DNA of 64,000 nucleotides, taken from contig JAEOUO010000002.1 in assembly GCA_016839265.1 (NCBI GenBank), forward strand, positions 68,778-132,777. Direction: 5' to 3'. The notes beneath the pieces were generated by a model, which did no database searches, was not told the DNA's origin, and saw only the letters and a program-made list of their open reading frames with translations. The translations under genes were made by a program, and so were the position numbers. This document shows positions 59,536-64,000 of the stretch, piece after piece (position 1 is the first letter of the stretch; each line of letters opens with the position of its first letter). This DNA is from Candidatus Odinarchaeota archaeon (lineage in GTDB: Archaea; Asgardarchaeota; Odinarchaeia; Odinarchaeales; Odinarchaeaceae).

Positions 59536-60630
59536 TTGAAGAATATGATTCTCAGAGAGACTGTTCTAAAAACGGTTGAAGAATATGATGCTAAAAACAT
59601 TCACATAACCACGATTGGAAGCCACTCTGCTTTAAATATTTTTAAAGGAGCTAAAGATGAAGGTTTTCAAACTATCTGTATTTGCGAGCGTGGCAGGGAG
59701 ACTGTCTATCAACGTTTCCCGTTAGTTGACCGTTATATTATATTAGATAAATTATCTAATCTTTTAGATGATGATATTCAACGGCGACTGCTCTCTTTAA
59801 ACTCTTTGATAATCCCTCACGGTTCTTTTAACGCTTATATAGGCTCTGAGCGTATTGAAGAATCTTTTAATCTACCTATTTTCGGTAACCGGGCTCTTCT
59901 AACATGGGAGTCTCACCGGGAAATGCAGGATAAATGGCTTAAACTAGCCGGGGTGCCTGTTCCTAAAACTTACAGTAAACCTGACGAAATCGACACTTTA
60001 ACGATTACTAAGTTTCCTAGAGCTAAAGGCGGTAGAGGCTATTTTCTAGCTAACAGCTTAGATGTTTACGAGAGGAAGGCTGATGAAATGTTGAAGAAGG
60101 GTTTAATATCTGAAGATGATTTAAAGGAGCCTCAAATACAGGAATATATAACTGGTGCACCTGTATACTTGCATTATTTTTACTCTCCTTTAAGTAACCG
60201 GCTTGAATTTCTAGGCGCGGATAGAAGATATGAATCGAATGTGGACGGTTTATCTAGGATACCCGCCGCTGATCAGCTTGAAGCTAAACTAGACGCAACT
60301 TTCACGGTGATGGGGAATTTCATGATAGTTCTCCGTGAGTCTCTGTTATCTCAAGTTTACGATTTAGGTGAAAAAGTCTTGGAGGCTTCTCGTAGAATCG
60401 CTCCGCCTGGTTTAATAGGGCCTTTCTGTTTGGAGACTATTTGCACAGAAAACCTTAAACTAATCGTGTTTGAAATCTCTTGTAGAATAGTCGCTGGCTG
60501 TAATGTAGCTATAGGATACTCTCCGTACACTTATCTATTATACGGTGAGCCTATGTATATGGGGAGGCGTATCGCACGTGAAATAAAAGAGGCGATTCAC
60601 CAGGGTAAGTTGAATTCTCTAATCACATAG
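59536..60630 (+). CDS. purP: Archaeal FAICAR synthetase PurP (formate-dependent)
   Basis: N-terminal ITTIGSHSALNI (PurP pattern ItTlGSHsaL.i) on an ATP-grasp body. 364 aa. Confidence 0.8.
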   Translation: MKNMILRETVLKTVEEYDAKNIHITTIGSHSALNIFKGAKDEGFQTICICERGRETVYQRFPLVDRYIILDKLSNLLDDDIQRRLLSLNSLIIPHGSFNAYIGSERIEESFNLPIFGNRALLTWESHREMQDKWLKLAGVPVPKTYSKPDEIDTLTITKFPRAKGGRGYFLANSLDVYERKADEMLKKGLISEDDLKEPQIQEYITGAPVYLHYFYSPLSNRLEFLGADRRYESNVDGLSRIPAADQLEAKLDATFTVMGNFMIVLRESLLSQVYDLGEKVLEASRRIAPPGLIGPFCLETICTENLKLIVFEISCRIVAGCNVAIGYSPYTYLLYGEPMYMGRRIAREIKEAIHQGKLNSLIT

Positions 60631-60640
60631 GTGGTTAACT

Positions 60641-61318
60641 ATGCAAGATGCATCTCATCTACTTGTTGAAAAACCAGATAAAATTAAAGTCTCCATGATC
60701 ATGGATAAACATATAATTAATCGGGAGAAACTAGATATAGCTGTGCTGGATTTCGGAGGCCAATATACTCATCTGATTAAGAGAATGCTGGATGAACTTG
60801 ACGTTGACGTGGAGATTCTCCCCTATAATGTAAACTATCGGCAGCTGCTCGACTTTCATGTGAAAGGTGTTGTTTTCGGGGGTGGACCTAACTCTGTTTA
60901 CGAGGAGAACGCTCCGCGTTGTGATTTAAATATTCTTCGCAACAATCAGTTGAAGATTCTAGGTATCTGCTACGGTCACCAGCTTATCGCGCATCAGCTA
61001 GACGGTGTTGTTAAGAAAGGTGTTAGATGCGAGTATGGTTTAGCTGAGTTAATTATTGATGATGTTAATGATCCTTTATTTCAAGGGTTACCGGATAGGA
61101 TTCAAGTTTGGGCCTCTCACACTGATGAAGTTGAGAGGCTTCCGTTAGGTGGGAAAACTATCGCTCATAGTTTAAACTGTAGTATTGAAGCGTTTAATAT
61201 TCATAATAGAATCTGGGGGGTTCAATTTCACCCTGAAGTCTCGCAGACCGAGCACGGTTATGAACTGCTTGAAAACTTTGCTGTTAAAATATGTAAATGT
61301 AATAGGATTCAACTTTAA
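60641..61318 (+). CDS. guaA: Class I glutamine amidotransferase, GMP-synthase subunit-A type
   Basis: IAVLDFGGQYTHLI at the N-terminus, catalytic GICYGHQ and the QFHPEV triad region. The true start is possibly the internal Met near 60698. Confidence 0.7.
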   Translation: MQDASHLLVEKPDKIKVSMIMDKHIINREKLDIAVLDFGGQYTHLIKRMLDELDVDVEILPYNVNYRQLLDFHVKGVVFGGGPNSVYEENAPRCDLNILRNNQLKILGICYGHQLIAHQLDGVVKKGVRCEYGLAELIIDDVNDPLFQGLPDRIQVWASHTDEVERLPLGGKTIAHSLNCSIEAFNIHNRIWGVQFHPEVSQTEHGYELLENFAVKICKCNRIQL

Positions 61319-61481
61319 CTATTAAGTTTTTTTTAAAAATATCTAAATACTTTTTTACAAATAGTATATTACGCTTATTAATATAGCTTTACTACATATA
61401 TTATATTTATTTATAGGATTTTTGGAGGTGTTTTAAACGGAAACATTTTGCAATGAATTATTTAAACACCTAAATAATCTT

Positions 61482-61946
61482 ATGAAGATTTTAGACGCTC
61501 CTGATCTTTTAAAATTCGACTGTGTTAAAGATAAAATCAGCTATATTGATGACCTTATTTTTAATCTTGAAACTTTTATCAGAAACTATTTTAAACTGTT
61601 TGATAAAATCAGCCGATTCGCTTCCAACACTATTAGACTCCTCGAAACACTTAAAGGTTTACTAGTTTTACTGCAGGGGTTGCTTGATCAGCCGGATCAA
61701 CTTTATGAAAGAAATGTTTTCAATAATTTAGCTTTATCGAATATACTATACGCCGAGGAACTTACTGATAAGCTTATGAATCTTATAAATGAGTTAAGTA
61801 ATATTAAACTAGGCACTGTTCAAAAATCGCTGATCGGGAATATACGCTCATCTTTTAAAGTTTTTCTTGATCCTTTACAGAATTTAAAAATCGAATTAAC
61901 TGTTTGCGAAAAATTTTTTAAAAAAAATTGTAAGTGTTCTAAATAA
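61482..61946 (+). CDS. Hypothetical helical protein (154 aa)
   Basis: ORF with no recognisable motif. It has a Cys-rich C-terminal tail (CEKFFKKNCKCSK). Confidence 0.35.
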   Translation: MKILDAPDLLKFDCVKDKISYIDDLIFNLETFIRNYFKLFDKISRFASNTIRLLETLKGLLVLLQGLLDQPDQLYERNVFNNLALSNILYAEELTDKLMNLINELSNIKLGTVQKSLIGNIRSSFKVFLDPLQNLKIELTVCEKFFKKNCKCSK

Positions 61947-61953
61947 TTTCCCA

Positions 61954-63891
61954 TCAACCGTTTTTATTCAACTTTTTAACATAATTTAATAACCCGCCTG
62001 AAAGTATTATTTTCACCTGTCGCGGTGTTAAATCATATTTCACTTTGAAGATTAATTTTTTACTCACATTAACAGCGTCCAAGATTTGTATACTGCCGGC
62101 TAACTTTTCTCTAATATTTTCTATGTTAACTATATCTCCCTGCTCTATTTTATTATAATCTGACTGGTTCACTAACTGTAAAGGTATGATGCCGAAGTTT
62201 ACAAGGTTAGCTTTATGGATTCGAGCGTATGATTTCGCGATAACAGTTTTAATTCCAAGATACATCGGAGCGATCGCGGCATGCTCTCGACTAGAGCCTT
62301 GCCCGTAGTTTTCTCCAGCTAATATTAAACCGCCTTTCTTCTTCTTCACTCGGTCTATAAAAGTTGGATCAATATTTTTAAACACGTATTCGCTTATCGC
62401 AGGTATATTGCTTCTTAAAGGCAGTATTTTAGCACCGGCTGGTAGAATATCATCTGTTGATATGTTATCGCCTAGTTTTATAACCACTTCCATGTTAATA
62501 CGGTCAGGTAGAGGGGTGTTTACAGGAAGCGGTTTTATATTCGGACCTCTTACCACTCGAATTTTAGATGAATCCACCGGGGGTTTAACTATTAAATTAT
62601 CGTTTACGCGGATTCTCTCAGGCAGTTTTATAATCGGATAAGCTCCTAGCTTTCGCGGATCTGTGATCTCCCCGTGTAAGGCTGAAGCGGCGGCTACTTC
62701 AGGGCTGGCTAAAAACACTTGAGCGTCTTCAGTTCCGCTTCTTCCTTTAAAATTCCTGTTAAATGTTCTAAGAGATACTCCTCCGCTTCTAGGCGCCTGC
62801 CCCATGCCGATGCATGGACCGCACGCTGATTCCAGGATTCTGGCTCCAGCTGCTATTAAATCAGCTAAAGCCCCGTTTCTAGCTATCTCTTCTAATACTT
62901 GTTTAGAGCCTGGGGAGATAGTTAAACTCACATCCGGGTGAATGGTTTTACCTTTAAGTATCGCTGCAACCGTCATTAAATCTTTTAACGATGAATTCGT
63001 GCAGCTTCCTATTGCAACCTGTTCTACAGGTGTTCCTTCAACTTCGCTTATTTTTTTAACGTTTCCTGGGCTGTGCGGTAGAGCTATCATCGGCTCTAAT
63101 TCATTTAAATTCACAGTCATATATTCATCGTATTCGCATCCCTGGTCAGCTTCCAACTTCACCCAGTCTCCGAGTCTTCTCTGAAGCTTGAAGAAATCTC
63201 TTGTAATCTCATCTGAGGGGAAGATAGAGCTTGTCGCACCTGTTTCAGCACCCATATTAGTTATAGTTGCTCGTTCATAGACATCCAGGTTTTTAACACC
63301 CTCCCCGTAATATTCGATTATTTTACCTACTCCTCCTTTAACTGTTAACCTCTTTAAAACTTCTAATATCACGTCTTTAGCGGAAACCCATGGTTTTCTC
63401 TCCCCTACCAGTTCTACACCTAAAACAGCAGGAGTGTTTAAATAGAATAAGCCTCCGCCCATCGCGACAGCTACATCTAAACCTCCGGCGCCGATGCCTA
63501 GCATTCCAACACCGCCGCATGTAGGGGTGTGTGAGTCTGATCCTAGTAGTGTTTTACCTGGTTTACTGAATCTTTCTAAATTAACTTGATGACATATTCC
63601 GTTTCCAGGTTTAGAGAAGTATACGCCGTATTTAGCGGCTACTGTTTGCAAATATTTATGATCGTCAGCGTTCATGTGATCTGTTTGAAGCGTGTTATGG
63701 TCGACGTAGCTGACTGAAAGCTCTGTTTTAACTTTATCTAAACCTAAAGCTTCAAATTGTAGATATGTTAATGTTCCTGTAGCATCCTGGGTTAGAGTCC
63801 GATCTATTCTTATACCTATCTCTTCGCCTTTAACCAGGCTGCCTTCCACTAAATGATTTTTTAGAATTTTATAAGTTAAATTTAAAGGCAT
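61954..63891 (-). CDS. Aconitase-family hydratase with fused catalytic and swivel domains (aconitase/homoaconitase/isopropylmalate-isomerase type)
   Basis: Aconitase-family Fe-S ligand motifs (GSCTNSS, ACGPCIGMGQAPRSG) and the swivel-domain motif (GENYGQGSSREHAA) in a single 645-aa polypeptide. Confidence 0.8.
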   Translation of the reverse strand: MPLNLTYKILKNHLVEGSLVKGEEIGIRIDRTLTQDATGTLTYLQFEALGLDKVKTELSVSYVDHNTLQTDHMNADDHKYLQTVAAKYGVYFSKPGNGICHQVNLERFSKPGKTLLGSDSHTPTCGGVGMLGIGAGGLDVAVAMGGGLFYLNTPAVLGVELVGERKPWVSAKDVILEVLKRLTVKGGVGKIIEYYGEGVKNLDVYERATITNMGAETGATSSIFPSDEITRDFFKLQRRLGDWVKLEADQGCEYDEYMTVNLNELEPMIALPHSPGNVKKISEVEGTPVEQVAIGSCTNSSLKDLMTVAAILKGKTIHPDVSLTISPGSKQVLEEIARNGALADLIAAGARILESACGPCIGMGQAPRSGGVSLRTFNRNFKGRSGTEDAQVFLASPEVAAASALHGEITDPRKLGAYPIIKLPERIRVNDNLIVKPPVDSSKIRVVRGPNIKPLPVNTPLPDRINMEVVIKLGDNISTDDILPAGAKILPLRSNIPAISEYVFKNIDPTFIDRVKKKKGGLILAGENYGQGSSREHAAIAPMYLGIKTVIAKSYARIHKANLVNFGIIPLQLVNQSDYNKIEQGDIVNIENIREKLAGSIQILDAVNVSKKLIFKVKYDLTPRQVKIILSGGLLNYVKKLNKNG

Positions 63892-64000
63892 GTTTTTAAA
63901 ATAATGTTAAACAACTTTTTAATATTATGGATTACACGCTTTAACTCTTAGATGAATATTTAATTTTTTTAAAGCTTAAACTATTCTCTCTACTAGTTTT

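Noticed and set aside
1-64000. Search for CRISPR arrays, IS elements/transposases, integrases, rRNA genes
   Set aside because: No regularly spaced direct repeats, no transposase, integrase or recombinase-like ORFs, and no rRNA-like GC-rich blocks were seen. Coding density and synteny look like core chromosome.

Overview
This is an AT-rich archaeal window (roughly 30-35% GC by eye) that is densely coding on both strands. Several small eukaryote-like proteins sit among ordinary archaeal housekeeping genes: a Ras/Rab-like small GTPase, an E2F/DP-like winged-helix protein, a single gelsolin-type domain, a longin-like protein, a PDCD5 homologue and ribosomal protein S25e. The archaeal genes include an archaeal-type adenylate kinase, a NurA-HerA-Mre11-Rad50 operon, a Sec11-type signal peptidase and PurP. 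Together these point to an Asgard (Lokiarchaeia-like) archaeon, but that is an inference from gene content, not a proven placement.

The main blocks, in order:
- 0.3-6 kb: a tandem Lrp/AsnC-type HTH regulator, three unknown minus-strand proteins, and a divergent operon of the small GTPase plus the E2F/DP-like protein, followed by the PDCD5-like protein and the gelsolin-like ORF.
- 6-12 kb: adenylate kinase, a radical SAM/SPASM enzyme, and an operon of an isocitrate/isopropylmalate-dehydrogenase-family gene, a LarA-like (DUF2088) gene and hflX.
- 12-15.3 kb: a coiled-coil protein, a PD-(D/E)xK nuclease-like protein, and an unusual methyltransferase fused to a D-Ala-D-Ala-ligase-type ATP-grasp domain.
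- 15.6-25.4 kb: a glycosylation-type cluster with trehalose-6-phosphate phosphatase, a polytopic GT-C-like membrane protein and three GT4 glycosyltransferases, then a glutaredoxin-like plus ferredoxin-thioredoxin-reductase-like pair and an unknown protein coupled to a B12-binding radical SAM enzyme.
- 25.5-32.3 kb: NurA-HerA-Mre11-Rad50 followed directly by a DUF45/YgjP-type zinc hydrolase.
- 32.2-41.5 kb: nitroreductase, a TldE/TldD pair, a divergent radical SAM, a GNAT, an M50 site-2 protease, an OPRT-like gene, Sec11 and the longin-like protein.
- 41.6-46 kb: pstS (divergent), pstC, pstA, pstB and phoU.
- 46-47.8 kb: a proline-rich protein, a GC-rich candidate ncRNA island and S25e.
- 47.9-61.3 kb: a long purine operon (purC-S-Q-L-F-D, a HAD-like gene, a PfkB kinase, purE-B-M-P, a GMP-synthase-type GATase).
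- 61.5-63.9 kb: an unknown protein and a fused aconitase-family hydratase.

No CRISPR array, rRNA, clear tRNA or mobile element was found. Many genes appear to start at TTG or GTG with GGAGG-like ribosome-binding sites.
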